In this document: positions 1-10,831 of the stretch, in pieces
How the letters are laid out: each line of letters begins with the position of its first letter
How positions within the stretch are numbered: the stretch's first letter is position 1
NCBI GenBank assembly: GCA_963822445.1
Contig: CAWGHO010000002.1
Span: 1,088,001 to 1,152,000, forward strand
Source: an uncultured Acidobacteriota bacterium
GTDB taxonomy: Bacteria > Acidobacteriota > Thermoanaerobaculia > Gp7-AA8
Direction: 5' to 3'
DNA length: 64,000 bases
The notes under the pieces: generated by a model
What the model was told of the DNA's origin: nothing
Seen by the model: the letters and a program-made list of their open reading frames with translations, nothing else
The model's database searches: none
Position numbers and translations under genes: made by a program

Positions 1-467
1 CGGGACCATCCCTTCAGCCGGCAGCCGCGGAGGATGGCCGCATGCTCGCCGGAACAGCAGTGGTACCAGCGCCGCGGCCGGCGCACCTGCCGGCCGAACT
101 GCACGAGCGGCACGTCCAGCGGCGCCTGCATCATGCCCCACTCACCTTCGCGCAGGATCGAGCGCGCGGTCGCGACATGTTCGGCGTCGCCGTTGTGTGA
201 GGCCACGCTGATGGCCTGCTGATCGCCGGTCAGCGCGCTCGCGAACTCCTTCGCGAACACTTTCATCATGATCGGCTTGACCATCGAGCGGCCGTAGACC
301 TCGACGTTCCCGCCGAACGAGTAGATGAGGTTGCGGCCGGAGACCCAGGAGACCGCGCCGTGAATCGTGTTCTCGGCGACGCCGTTGCGGCGGTACTCGA
401 CCAGCGGCTGCCAGTTGGGCATGACCCGCGCGAAATTCGGTGCGGCGGCTTCGTCGAAGGTCGTCAT
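1..467 (-). CDS. L-asparaginase II (class 3)-like protein, runs off window edge
   Basis: Absent from the ORF track; hand translation MTTFDEAAAP...YRRNGVAENTIHG...YGRSMVKP...ASHNG...HCCSGEH matches the RSxxKP / SHxG / NCSGKH motifs. ATGA overlap with the upstream gene. Confidence 0.75.
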   Translation of the reverse strand, partial: MTTFDEAAAPNFARVMPNWQPLVEYRRNGVAENTIHGAVSWVSGRNLIYSFGGNVEVYGRSMVKPIMMKVFAKEFASALTGDQQAISVASHNGDAEHVATARSILREGEWGMMQAPLDVPLVQFGRQVRRPRRWYHCCSGEHAAILRGCRLKGWS

Positions 468-1171
468 GACTTCCTCAGTTTCAGGAGCTCGTTGACGGTC
501 ACCAGCTCGTAGCCGTTCGCTTTCAACCGCTCGATGATCAGCGGCACCGCCGCGCGAGTGCGCTCGCGGCCCGAATACCACGGGTGCAGCAGCACGATCG
601 AGCCGGGACGGACTCGTTCGACGACGTGAGCGACCAGCGAATTCGTGTCGCGATCGATTTCAGGGAACGACTCCGGCTCCACATCAAAGGTGACGTGAAC
701 GCGGTCGTTCTTCGCAAAGTACCAGGGCAGCGCGACGAGTTTCTTGCAGTACGGCGCCCGGACGTGAATCGGTCCCTGATACCCGGCGGCGCGAATCACC
801 GCGTCGGTCCGCTCGAACTCTTCGCGCATGAACGACGGCGACTTGAACCACATCCGCTGATGCGACCAGCTGTGATTTCCGAGCTCGTGGCCCGCTGTGA
901 CCAGTTTCGCCGCGGCCGCGGGATGATCGCGGATCTGCGCGCCGCAGACAAAGAAGGTCGCTTTCACGTTCGCGCGAGAGAGCGGCGTGAGGATCTCGTC
1001 GACGGTGTCGCTTTGCGGACCGTCATCGAAAGTCAGCGCGACGACTTTGCGATCGGTCTCCACGCGGGGAACGATCTCGCCGAAGAGCTGGAACGTTCGC
1101 GAGCGGCCCAGGGTGCGGATGCCCCAGAGCACGGCAAACAGCAGCAGGACGGCGATGGCGACTTTCTTCAT
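464..1171 (-). CDS. Polysaccharide deacetylase (CE4/NodB), N-terminal anchor
   Basis: LTFDDGP, GNHSWSH, RAPY and IVLLH motifs. Confidence 0.92.
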   Translation of the reverse strand: MKKVAIAVLLLFAVLWGIRTLGRSRTFQLFGEIVPRVETDRKVVALTFDDGPQSDTVDEILTPLSRANVKATFFVCGAQIRDHPAAAAKLVTAGHELGNHSWSHQRMWFKSPSFMREEFERTDAVIRAAGYQGPIHVRAPYCKKLVALPWYFAKNDRVHVTFDVEPESFPEIDRDTNSLVAHVVERVRPGSIVLLHPWYSGRERTRAAVPLIIERLKANGYELVTVNELLKLRKS

Positions 1172-2355
1172 GCGAACCGCGGCGCCACTTTGTTCATGAA
1201 ATCGGCCATATTTTTCATGACTCGTTTCGAGTCATGATTATTGAAGTCGAACCAGAGCATGAGCCGGTCCTCGGCATCGAACCGCTTCTTCATCTGTCCG
1301 GCGATGATCTCCGCGTCGCCAACCAGGGCGTTGTTCGTGGCCCGGCGCACTTTCTCTTCGTCGAGTGTGCCTTCCAGCGCGCGCCAGTAGTTCGACAGCG
1401 CATCGCGCGCCTCTTCGGCCGCTTTGGCCGGATCGTCGTTGATGAACACCAGCACCGTGCGCGGCATCAGTCGCCGTTTCCAACCTCCGCCGGAGGGATG
1501 GTAGTGCTCGCGCATCCGCTCGTTGGTTTTCTCGATCTCGTCGCCCGGCGTGATGGACAGATTGAACACGCCCACGGGCATGATCGTGTTGGCGAAGATC
1601 TGCGTCCCCGGATCGTGCGATCCGATGGACAGCCGCAGCAGATCCATCCGCGATTCCTGCGGGATGATCTTGAGGTTCGGGAAGACCCACCGAGGAGCGA
1701 GCGGCACTTCGTCGATGTCCTGCCCGAAGGCCTCCTGCACTTTCTTCCAGTCGGCATCAGTGCGGAAATCCGCACGGCGCAGCGGACGCGGCGCGATCAT
1801 CGTCGAGTTGAGCGTCTCTCCCTGCAGCAGGCGCAGAAAGATCTCCGTCGCCTCTTCGAAGATCTTGTTCTTCACCACCGGCCACGCCGCCGACTCGACC
1901 GGATTCCGCGGCACGATTCCGTACGGAACGTTGATGAACGGAAAACGGCCCGACGCGAAACCGACGGTGAGAAGGCGCTTCTCGTCCGGATCGAGGCCGT
2001 GCAGGGCGAGGAAGGTCTTGATGCGCTCCGCGGCGGCGATCGGACCGCCGTTGCAGAGGATGTTCATGATCGCCGAGCCCATCCCGATCCGCTTCGTGCG
2101 CGCGAACACACGATGCGCGAGCTGGAGGATGTCCGTGTTCAATCCGATCTCCCCGACGAAGTGAGGGATCACCGCGCCGGGATTGGTCTTCTGAACCTCG
2201 GTCGAGAGGTGGCTCTCCGCGACCCAGGCCGTGCCGAACCCGAGCTGGTCGGCGAGCTCCACCTGCTCGAAGAAGTTGGCGAACATCGTCCGCTCGTCCG
2301 GCATGTAGCCGTTCACTTCGGTCTGGCAGATGGAGAAGAAGACGTCGAGCTCCAT
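1168..2355 (-). CDS. Luciferase-like (LLM class) flavin-dependent oxidoreductase
   Basis: Start at MELDVFFS; ADQLGFGTAWVAESH, TKRIGMGSA, ALVGDAE, FMNKVAP. Confidence 0.85.
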   Translation of the reverse strand: MELDVFFSICQTEVNGYMPDERTMFANFFEQVELADQLGFGTAWVAESHLSTEVQKTNPGAVIPHFVGEIGLNTDILQLAHRVFARTKRIGMGSAIMNILCNGGPIAAAERIKTFLALHGLDPDEKRLLTVGFASGRFPFINVPYGIVPRNPVESAAWPVVKNKIFEEATEIFLRLLQGETLNSTMIAPRPLRRADFRTDADWKKVQEAFGQDIDEVPLAPRWVFPNLKIIPQESRMDLLRLSIGSHDPGTQIFANTIMPVGVFNLSITPGDEIEKTNERMREHYHPSGGGWKRRLMPRTVLVFINDDPAKAAEEARDALSNYWRALEGTLDEEKVRRATNNALVGDAEIIAGQMKKRFDAEDRLMLWFDFNNHDSKRVMKNMADFMNKVAPRFA

Positions 2356-2371
2356 GGAGCGCGACTCTAAC

Positions 2372-3895
2372 TCACTCGCCGCGCGGGCGTGATGCCGTGG
2401 TGCTCTCGATGAACGCGAGCCCGTCGAAATCCCGCCGCAGCACGAACGGCTGCACCCACTGCGGCGCCGCCCACTGCTCCGAAAAGATCGCGCCGACCCA
2501 ATGCATGGCGTGCGGCGCCTGCAGCCATTCGGCGATTCGCGGATCGGAAGGAGGCGCGTGGCGAAGGTCGACGAATGCGTCGCCACTCGTGGCTTGCGCG
2601 AGGAACGAGTCGACGGTGCCCTCGGTGGATGAGATCGAGAACGTGCGGATGCTCGGCGGCGACACGCCGGCTTTCTGGGCGAGGAACGAGCCGCGATCGA
2701 AGCTCGTGGCAATGGCGTAATAGCCCGCGCCGAACGCCTTGCGCAGGAAACCGCCGAGAGGCGGATAGGAACCGGTCTCACGCGCGGCGATGTGGCTGTT
2801 GTGAGCCCAGACAATCGCTTTCTCGCCGGGTTTCATGGCCAGGAACAGGTGATCGGCCATGGCCTGATCGCGCGAGCCGTTGCCGCTGTTGAACTCGCCG
2901 AACTGCGCGAATTGCCGCGCGTATCCGAGGGCTCGGTCGTAATCGCGCTGTGAGGTGCGGCGCACGAGATCGCCCTCGTGAAGCACAAGAAAGCTCACCA
3001 GGCGATACAGGCCTTGCAACGTCTCGGGAGTGATCTCCGTGCGCTCGAAACGGAGGGCATTCGCGTCCTGCACGCGAATGGTGGCCAGGAGCGCCGTGAA
3101 CTCGGGGCGTTGCACGAAATCGCGCACGAAATCGAGCGCCCTTCCGCTCCCTTGCGGATCGATCCCCACGATCCGCATCGATTTCCCATTTGCGCGCAGC
3201 CACTCGATCACCGACAGGAACTCCTCCGTATCGAGGATCCACGTGCAGTCTTTCAACGCGGCCAGCATCGAGCGGCGATCACCGCCGCCGTGGACGTACT
3301 CGTTGATGACTTCCATCGCCGAAACGCTGGCTTCGACGGCGAGCAGGGTGTAGCCCTCGCCGGCGAGAAACTCCACCATCCGCTTCTTGAACTGCACGAT
3401 CTCGCGGCTGCCATGGGTTGCTTCGCCGAGACCGACGACGCGCACGCCATCCAACGCGGGCCGTAACTTCGTGAGGTCGCCGAGCGGAATCGCGCGCGCG
3501 GCCATCCACTGCACGACGGCGGCATCGCGGGCCTTCTCCGCCGCGAGCCGCTTCTGATACTCGCGTCTCGTGAGCCGCTCTTCGACGCGAATCTGGTACT
3601 TGCCCGGCGCCGCTTTCGCGTCGAATGAGCGCACTTCGATGCGGTAAGGACCGGTGGTAGTCGCCGCGATCGGCACAGGCTCGGGGCCGTTCGCGCCATT
3701 CGGACTGTCGACCTCCGCGAGCTTTGCGCCGCCGGGTGCGAAGGCGGTGGCGATGACGTCGATGCCGCGCTGGTCAACGGTCACCATCGCGAACTCGCCG
3801 GCCTTCAGCTCGATCGCGTATTCGTGACTCTCGCCGCCGCGAAGCTCGCGCTCGACGGGCGTTACGAGAAGGAGCGCGGCAAGGAGAAGGTTCAT
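2372..3895 (-). CDS. Erythromycin esterase family protein with N-terminal PPC-like domain
   Basis: Signal peptide; VVGLGEATHGSRE, RDQAMA, IVWAHNSH, FDGLAFI. Confidence 0.88.
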   Translation of the reverse strand: MNLLLAALLLVTPVERELRGGESHEYAIELKAGEFAMVTVDQRGIDVIATAFAPGGAKLAEVDSPNGANGPEPVPIAATTTGPYRIEVRSFDAKAAPGKYQIRVEERLTRREYQKRLAAEKARDAAVVQWMAARAIPLGDLTKLRPALDGVRVVGLGEATHGSREIVQFKKRMVEFLAGEGYTLLAVEASVSAMEVINEYVHGGGDRRSMLAALKDCTWILDTEEFLSVIEWLRANGKSMRIVGIDPQGSGRALDFVRDFVQRPEFTALLATIRVQDANALRFERTEITPETLQGLYRLVSFLVLHEGDLVRRTSQRDYDRALGYARQFAQFGEFNSGNGSRDQAMADHLFLAMKPGEKAIVWAHNSHIAARETGSYPPLGGFLRKAFGAGYYAIATSFDRGSFLAQKAGVSPPSIRTFSISSTEGTVDSFLAQATSGDAFVDLRHAPPSDPRIAEWLQAPHAMHWVGAIFSEQWAAPQWVQPFVLRRDFDGLAFIESTTASRPRGE

Positions 3896-3924
3896 GCGGT
3901 CTGCGGAACGATACGATTGCGGCG

Positions 3925-4590
3925 ATGAAACGTTTCCGATGCCTCACCGCGATCCTCTTCATCGCCGCCTGCGCGGCCACGAATCCTCACGGTCTCACCG
4001 TCCTCGACCGCGCTGGTTATGTCCGCACGAGTCAGGCGGACGCGGACAAGGAGCTCATCGATCTGGCCGCGATCGGCATCCCTCTCGACATCCGCTACGC
4101 GACGCCGAACAACTTCATGAAGAAGACGCTGTATCCGGCCGCAAAGGCCTACCTTCGCGCGCCGGCGGCTCGCGCGCTCATGGACGTCCAGCGCGAGCTC
4201 GAGAACCGCGCCCTCGGCATCAAGGTCTTCGACGCCTATCGCCCGTATCGCGTGACCGTGGCCATGTGGGAGCCGATCAGGAATCCCGACTACGTGGCTG
4301 ATCCCGCGAAAGGCTCGCGGCACAACCGCGGCGCGGCCGTCGATCTGACGTTGATCGATCTGAAAACCGGCCAGGAGCTGGCCATGCCCACGCCGTATGA
4401 CGACTTCACGTCACGCGCGGCGCATGCGTTCGAGGAGCTGCCGCAGGATGTGCGCGCGAATCGCGCGGTGCTTCGCGAGGTGATGACGAAGCACGGCTTC
4501 GAACCGCTCCCATCCGAATGGTGGCATTACGACTTTCGGGGCTGGGAGCGGTTCGAGTTGATGGACGTGGGGCTGGAAGAGCTGCCTTAA
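3925..4590 (+). CDS. D-Ala-D-Ala dipeptidase (M15D, VanX/DdpX-like), probable lipoprotein
   Basis: FDAYRP, SRHNRGAAVD, EWWHY; lipobox IAAC. Confidence 0.9.
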   Translation: MKRFRCLTAILFIAACAATNPHGLTVLDRAGYVRTSQADADKELIDLAAIGIPLDIRYATPNNFMKKTLYPAAKAYLRAPAARALMDVQRELENRALGIKVFDAYRPYRVTVAMWEPIRNPDYVADPAKGSRHNRGAAVDLTLIDLKTGQELAMPTPYDDFTSRAAHAFEELPQDVRANRAVLREVMTKHGFEPLPSEWWHYDFRGWERFELMDVGLEELP

Positions 4591-5978
4591 AACCGCGTCA
4601 CGAACGAGATCGAGCCGACCTTGTAGTTCTCCGCGGTGTCATACGCCGCGTCGATCTGGAAGCGCGGCCACGCCAGGCCGGCACCGATCGACATGTGGTT
4701 CTGCGACTCCCCTTCCGGATAGAGCATCGCCTCGGCGATGAAATCGGGGCGGTTCAGCGGTCCACGCCATTCCACACTGTGCGCGGGATCGCGCCAGAAG
4801 CCGGCGCGGAGCGCAAACGGGATCTTGGTCGTGAAGACGTACTCCGCACCGATGTGCAGCTCGATCACGTCGTCCGCGCCGAACGGATCCTCTTCGAGCT
4901 CGCGCACGTCGGCGACGGAGGCGACGAAGTCATCGACGAGATTCGAATACTTCACGTGGACCGCGTCGAGGTTGATCGTGAGCACGGGAATCGGTCGGAC
5001 CGAGACGCCGAGCCCGGCGACGTCGGGAATGTGGAACGTCGTGTCCGCGACCTGGAGGAACTCGTTGTTCGTCGCCGCGCCGGCGAAGAAAAGAGGCGCG
5101 GTGAACTGCGGCCCCATCTTGTACACGCCGCCGAAGCTGATCTTGTCGGTCGGCGACCACTTGAAGCCGGCGGCGAAGGTCGTGTCGGTCTCTTCGACGA
5201 TCTCGAGCTGGCCGTCGTCGCCTTCTTTCGCCGTCGCCTGCACGGAGATCGTGCTGGGGTCGAGGAACTGGGTGAAGCGGAACGTGAACGCCGCTTCCTG
5301 GAAGCGCTGATGGCGCGCGGTCAGGCCGATCGAGAACTTCGGATGGATCTGCCAGGCGCCGGAGATGCCGATCGTGCGCATGCGGACGTCCAGCGCCGAG
5401 GTAAACGGATCGAGGCGGAACTCGACGCAGGCGCCGGGGTTGTTGGTCTGGCGGCGCAGGGCTTCGCATTCGAGCTCAGTGATCGGCGATCCGCCGCCAC
5501 CCGGGAGAAAGAAGTTCGGTCCGAGCGTGATCAGATCGCCGGTGAACTCGTCATAGCGCGGCGCGACCACGCCGCCGCCCTTGTTGTTCAGCGGCTCGTG
5601 AAAGTACGCGCCGAGGGTGAAGTTCTTGATGGGATAGACGAAGCTGGCGAAGCTGACCACGGCGCGATCGCTGTAGTGCTTGAACGGCGTGCGCTCGAGG
5701 TCCGGGTACGTTCCGCCGGTCGTGAAAACCTGGTTCTCGAGGTAATTGCGGCCTTCGACGCTGATCTCCGGCTTGCGCAGGATGGTCAAACCGGCCGGAT
5801 TGGCCTCGGCCGCCGAGGCGTCGTCAGCCAGCCCCAGAAACGCGCCGCCCATGCCGAGCGACCGCGCGCCGGGATTGCCGAAGTTGAACTGCAGACCCGA
5901 GAGCGCCTCGATGTCGACGTTCTGGGCCGCCATTGGAAGAGTCAGGAGCACAGCCAGAACGATGGAGAGTTTCCGCAT
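4587..5978 (-). CDS. FadL/OmpP1/TodX-like outer membrane beta-barrel
   Basis: Signal peptide; GARSLGMGGAF..ADDASA..ANPAGL; C-terminal Phe. Confidence 0.85.
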   Translation of the reverse strand: MRKLSIVLAVLLTLPMAAQNVDIEALSGLQFNFGNPGARSLGMGGAFLGLADDASAAEANPAGLTILRKPEISVEGRNYLENQVFTTGGTYPDLERTPFKHYSDRAVVSFASFVYPIKNFTLGAYFHEPLNNKGGGVVAPRYDEFTGDLITLGPNFFLPGGGGSPITELECEALRRQTNNPGACVEFRLDPFTSALDVRMRTIGISGAWQIHPKFSIGLTARHQRFQEAAFTFRFTQFLDPSTISVQATAKEGDDGQLEIVEETDTTFAAGFKWSPTDKISFGGVYKMGPQFTAPLFFAGAATNNEFLQVADTTFHIPDVAGLGVSVRPIPVLTINLDAVHVKYSNLVDDFVASVADVRELEEDPFGADDVIELHIGAEYVFTTKIPFALRAGFWRDPAHSVEWRGPLNRPDFIAEAMLYPEGESQNHMSIGAGLAWPRFQIDAAYDTAENYKVGSISFVTRF

Positions 5979-6015
5979 GTTGTTCCTCCGATTGGACTTC
6001 AGGAAGGATAGTCGG

Positions 6016-6098
6016 AAAGGCTCAAAGGCTCAAAAGCTCAAAGAAGAGCGATGCAGCGGTTGACCTTTGAGCCTCTGCGCCTTTGAGCCTTTAAGCCT
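6016..6098. repeat. Inverted octamer tandem-array element (AAAGGCTC)n...(CTTTGAGC)n
   Basis: Left arm 6016-6043; complementary right arm 6065-6098; ends next to the proS stop. Confidence 0.85.
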
Positions 6099-6101
6099 CC
6101 G

Positions 6102-7815
6102 TTATCCCCGCGCCGCCCTCACCGCCTCGATGATCCCCGCCACGACCTCGTCCGGCGCGCCGAGCTGCTTCGCGCGGTCCTTCCGCGAGCTCCACTCGAT
6201 CTGACCGTTGGCGAGGCTCTTGGCGCCGACGGCGATGCGCAGCGGGAAGCCGATCAGGTCTGCATCCTTGAACTTCACGCCCGGGCGTTCGTCGCGGTCA
6301 TCGAACAACACGTCGATCCCCGCGGCCAGGAGCTGCTCGTAGACCTGCGTCGCGGTCTGGGCCACGCTTTCTTCCTTGCCGATCGACGTCACCACGACCT
6401 CGAACGGAGCGATCGGCATCGGCCAGATGATGCCGTCCGTCGTCGTGACTCTGCTCGATCGCCGCGGCGACCGTTCGTCCGATGCCGAGGCCGTAGCAGC
6501 CCATGATCATCGGCACGCGCGCGCCGCTCTCGTCGAGAAACTCGCAGTGCATCGACTCGGAGTACTTCGTCCCGAGCTTGAACACGTGCCCGACTTCGAT
6601 GCCGCGGTAGATCTCCAGCTTCGTTCCGCAGCGAACGCAGGGGTCGCCGGCGAACACGGTCGTGAAATCGCCGTACTCCGGCTCCGGAAAATCGCGCCCG
6701 GGCACGGCGTAGTCGATGTGGTGGTCTTTCTTGTTCGCGCCGACGATCCAGCGCTTCCGCCCCTGCAGCGAGTAGTCGGCGAGGACGCGCGCGCACTTCG
6801 TTCCGACAGGACCGCAATAGCCGACCGGTCCGCCCGTGGCTTCCTCGAAACGCTGCTCGCCGATCATTTCCAGCACCTGCGCGCCGAGGTGGTTCTTGAT
6901 CTTGACCTCGTTGCCTTCGCGGTCGCCGCGCACGAGAACCATGACCGGGCCGAGGTCGGTATCGAAGACCAGCGTCTTGACCAGCTCGGAGGTCGGCTTG
7001 TTCAGAAACCGGCCCACGTCGTCGATGGTCTGCGTGCCGGGCGTGTGAAGCTGGGCGATCGCATCCGACGGCGGCGGCTCGACCTCGTCGTCGAAAAACT
7101 TCGAAGAGGCCTTCTCCATGTTCGCGCCGTAGCGGCAGTTCGGGCAGCTCACCACGGCGTCTTCGCCCGACTGGGCAAGGACCATGAACTCATGCGATGC
7201 CGAGCCGCCGATGTTGCCGGTATCGGCTTCGACGGGAACGTGGTCTAACGCACAACGATGAAAGATCCGGCTGTAGGCCTCCCGCATCGCCTCGTACGCC
7301 TCGTCGAGCGATTCCCGCGTCGCGTGGAAGGAGTACGCGTCCTTCATGATGAATTCGCGGCCGCGCATCAGGCCGAAGCGGGGGCGAACTTCGTCGCGGA
7401 ACTTGGTCTGGATCTGATAGAGGTTGACCGGGAGCTGGCGGTACGAGCTGATCGAGTCGCGGACGGTCTCGGTGATGACTTCCTCGTGGGTCGGGCCGAA
7501 GACGAAATCGCGGTCATGGCGGTCTTTGATCCGCAGGAGCTCTTTCCCGTACTTCTGCCAGCGTCCGGATTCCATCCAGAGCTCGGCCGGCTGGATGGCG
7601 GGCATGAGCAGCTCGGTCGAGCCCGCCCGGGTCATCTCCTGGCGGACGATGTTTTCCAATTTTTGGATGGACCGCAGGCCGAGGGGCAGGTAGGTATAGA
7701 TGCCCGCGGCGACCTTGCGGATCATGCCGGCGCGCATCATCAGCTTTTGACTGATCACGTCCGCGTCGGACGGAACTTCTCGCAGTGTGTTGATGAAATA
7801 ACGGCTCCAGCGCAT
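6102..7815 (-). CDS. proS: Proline--tRNA ligase (frameshift near 6438)
   Basis: WMESGRW, GPTHEE, FRDEVRPRFGLMRGREF, MGCYGLG; anticodon domain DDRDERPGVKF lies in a second frame. Confidence 0.96.
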
Positions 7816-7845
7816 AAGGGCGTGGATTGTAGCCGGTAGAAACTA

Positions 7846-8301
7846 ATGAAAGACGACAAGGTCCTCGTATTCGAGCGTCCGCCGGTCTCGCGGATCGTGT
7901 CCTGCGCGGCGGCGTTCGGGTCGGCGGCGATCTTCTTTCAATACCTGGCCGACCATCCCCACGACTACCAGCCTCTCCCGATCATCGCCCTGATCCTCCT
8001 CTTCCTCGGCACGCTGGCCGCCGCGGTCGTGCAGTACGGCGATCACATCTACTTCAGCGAGATCGGCGTGAAGTACGAGAACGCTTTGCTCAAGCTCTTC
8101 GGCAAGCGCGGGAGCTGGATGCGCTGGGAGGACATCGTCGAGGTCCGCGAGGTCAAACAGAAGGTGCTGATCCTGCTGTCGAGCAACGGACAGCGCATGC
8201 TCGTCGACGCGATTCTTGGCTATGCGATTGCACGCGCGGAGATCCTCAGGCGGGCTCCGCAGGCGATCCTCTCGGGAACGCTCGCCCGAGACGATTCTTG
8301 A
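7846..8301 (+). CDS. Hypothetical 2-TM protein with PH-like soluble tail
   Basis: Two hydrophobic segments followed by MRWEDIVEV; overlaps the next start. Confidence 0.65.
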   Translation: MKDDKVLVFERPPVSRIVSCAAAFGSAAIFFQYLADHPHDYQPLPIIALILLFLGTLAAAVVQYGDHIYFSEIGVKYENALLKLFGKRGSWMRWEDIVEVREVKQKVLILLSSNGQRMLVDAILGYAIARAEILRRAPQAILSGTLARDDS

Positions 8302-10731
8302 AGCGCAAGCAGGTTTTCCTCATCGCCGCGGGCGTTGTACTCCTCGCACTGGCCGTCGTTTCCATCGTGCTCGTACGCGGGCGCGTGCGGCGGCATCGCG
8401 TCTTCCGGCCGGCCGCGGGGGAAAGCAAACCGAAGCCGCCCGAAGCCATCCCGCCGGTCGAGCAGTGGACGGCGACGTTTCAGCAGCTTTCCGGTGAGCC
8501 GCTGGAAGAGTTGCTCGAAGCGATCGAGAACAAGCATCCCGATCTCTACGCAAAGTACTCGCTGGCCTACCTGCACGGACGCGTGCTCGCGGAGAACAAC
8601 GAAAAGGCCGAGGCTGCGGCGAAGCTCGCGCCGTTTCTGGAGAAGGGCAATCCCTATCGCGAGCTCGCGCTGTACCACCGCGCGTCGATTGCCGATGGCG
8701 AAGAGGCCAGCCGTTACCGTCTGGCGCTGATCACCGAGCATCCGCAATCGCCGTATCGCGATGAAGCGATCGACGAGGAAATCGAATATCTCGCCGAGCG
8801 GGACGAGCCCCAGCCTCTCGTCGACTTCGCGGCGAAGATCGCGCCGTCGGCATCGACCGAGCGCCGTCGGGAGATGAGCGCGCGCGTCGTCGAGGCGCTG
8901 ATCGATCGCGACGTGAATGCGGCGATGACGCGCGGACTCGCGCTGCTGAACGGGGGAACGGGCGACGATGCCGCCGATCGCGTGGTTCGCGCGCTCGACA
9001 AGCCGGAGATCACGCGCCGCCTGAGCGATGCGCACCTGGCGACGTTCGGAGAGACGTTCCAGCAGCATCGCCACTACGATCGCGCCGTCGCGTATCTGCA
9101 GCTCGCCATCGCCCGGGTGAGCCCCGCGCCGCAGAAGGTTGCCGCCGCTGCGGCGGTCTCGAAGAAAAAGAAGAAAGCGCCGCCGAAGAAGAAGCCCTCG
9201 AAGAAAGCCGCGGCGAAACCCGCGCCTCCCCCACCACCACCCAACCCCCGAGCGCGCCTCGACGAGCTCCAGTTCGCCCTCGGCCGCTGCTCACTTCGGC
9301 GCCGAGCAGTATGTCGACGCGCAGCGCGTCTACCTCGCCGGCGCGCGGGCCACGCCGCACCTGCCGCAGAAGACGACCTTCCTCTGGCATGCCGCACGCG
9401 CGGCGCAACTCCGCGGCGACGACAAGGCCGCGGAACAGTTGATGACGGCGGCGATCGCGGTGAAAGGCAAGCACCCGTCAACCGTGCCGGCGCTGACGCA
9501 ACGGCTGCGAACGCGACTCGAGCAGCGGCGGTTCGCCGAAGCCGGAGCGGATCTCGCGCTGCTGCGGAAGATGGCGCCGAATGAACGCGCCGTGCTCGAA
9601 GGCTCGCTCGCTTACGCCGTGGGGATGCTCGCCGCCGGAAACCGGAACGCCGCGCTCTCCGCGCTGAACTCAGTGCCCGCGGCGCTGCTCAACGATTACG
9701 ACGACGCTGAATTCGCGTACTGGCGCGCTCGCGCATCGGGCTCGATCAGCGATTACCTGGCGGTGCTGCGCTCCACGACGCCCACACACTTCAACTACTT
9801 CGCGAGCCAGCGTGTGGCGTCGATGAAGATCGATCAGGAACTGAACGTCCGCGAGGCGCAGGTCGCGAATCTGATCGCCAAAAAGCAGTGGGACCTGGCG
9901 AAGCGCATCCAGACCGATCGCGTTCTCCTTCGTCCCGACGACGCGCAACTGAAGAAGCTCGAAGCGATTTACCGCGAGCTTCCCGCGTACCGCGCCGTGC
10001 TCGAGCTGAAGCCGCATCCGCTACCGAAGTTCCCCTTCGACACAAACGATCGCGACGCGCTGCTCATGGCCATGGGTCTGCACGACGAGGCGGTCAACGC
10101 GATCGAGAAACGGTGGCCGCTCAAGCCCGCGCGCGAAGGCCTGACCCGCTCACTGGCGCTGAACCAGGGCGCGGCGTCGCGCGAATCGATCTACGCCATC
10201 GAAGTGATGATGAAGTCGGTGCCGAAGGACTTTCATCCCGCATTGCTGCCCGAGACCGTGCAGCGGCTGCTCTATCCGCGGTACTTCTATCCGTTCATCG
10301 CCGAGGATGCGAAAAAGTACGAGGCCGATCCGGCGCTGGTGCTGTCGATCATGCGCGAGGAATCGCGCTTCAACCCGCGCGCGAAATCTGCCGCGGCCGC
10401 GCGCGGCCTGCTGCAGTTCATCATCACCACCGCTCGCGACATCGGCCAGCAGGTCGGCCTCGTCGACGTCGAGCCCGAAGACCTCTACGACCCCCGCGTC
10501 ATCATCCGCCTCGGCGCGAAATACATCGCCGAGCTCGCGGAGCAGTTCGGCGGCAACCGCTACCGCACCGCCGCCGCATACAACGCCGGCCCGAAACAGG
10601 TCGCGCTGTGGGCGCGGCTGCAGCCAGCGGAGGGGGACGACTACTTCATGACCGCGGTGAATTTCGACGAGACGAAGCACTACGTGCGGAAGGTGATGAA
10701 TTCGTACGAGAGGTACTCGGCGATTTACTAG
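8298..10731 (+). CDS. Slt-type lytic transglycosylase with helical repeats (frameshift near 9290)
   Basis: N-terminal anchor; MREESRF, ARGLLQ, AAYNAGP, ETKHYV. Confidence 0.88.
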
Positions 10732-10830
10732 TACGGCGGGCGTCCCGCCCGCACCCTGACGGGCATCCTGCCCGGCAGCTCGGCGCCGGGCGCAACGCCC
10801 GGCGCTAAGCGAGCGGGACGCTCGCCGTAC
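10731..10830. repeat. REP/REPIN-like nested palindrome between convergent genes
   Basis: GTACGGCGGGCGTCCCGCCCGC ... GCGAGCGGGACGCTCGCCGTAC (22-nt arms, 2 mismatches); internal hairpin GCGCCGGGCG-CAA-CGCCCGGCGC. Confidence 0.75.
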
Positions 10831-10831
10831 G

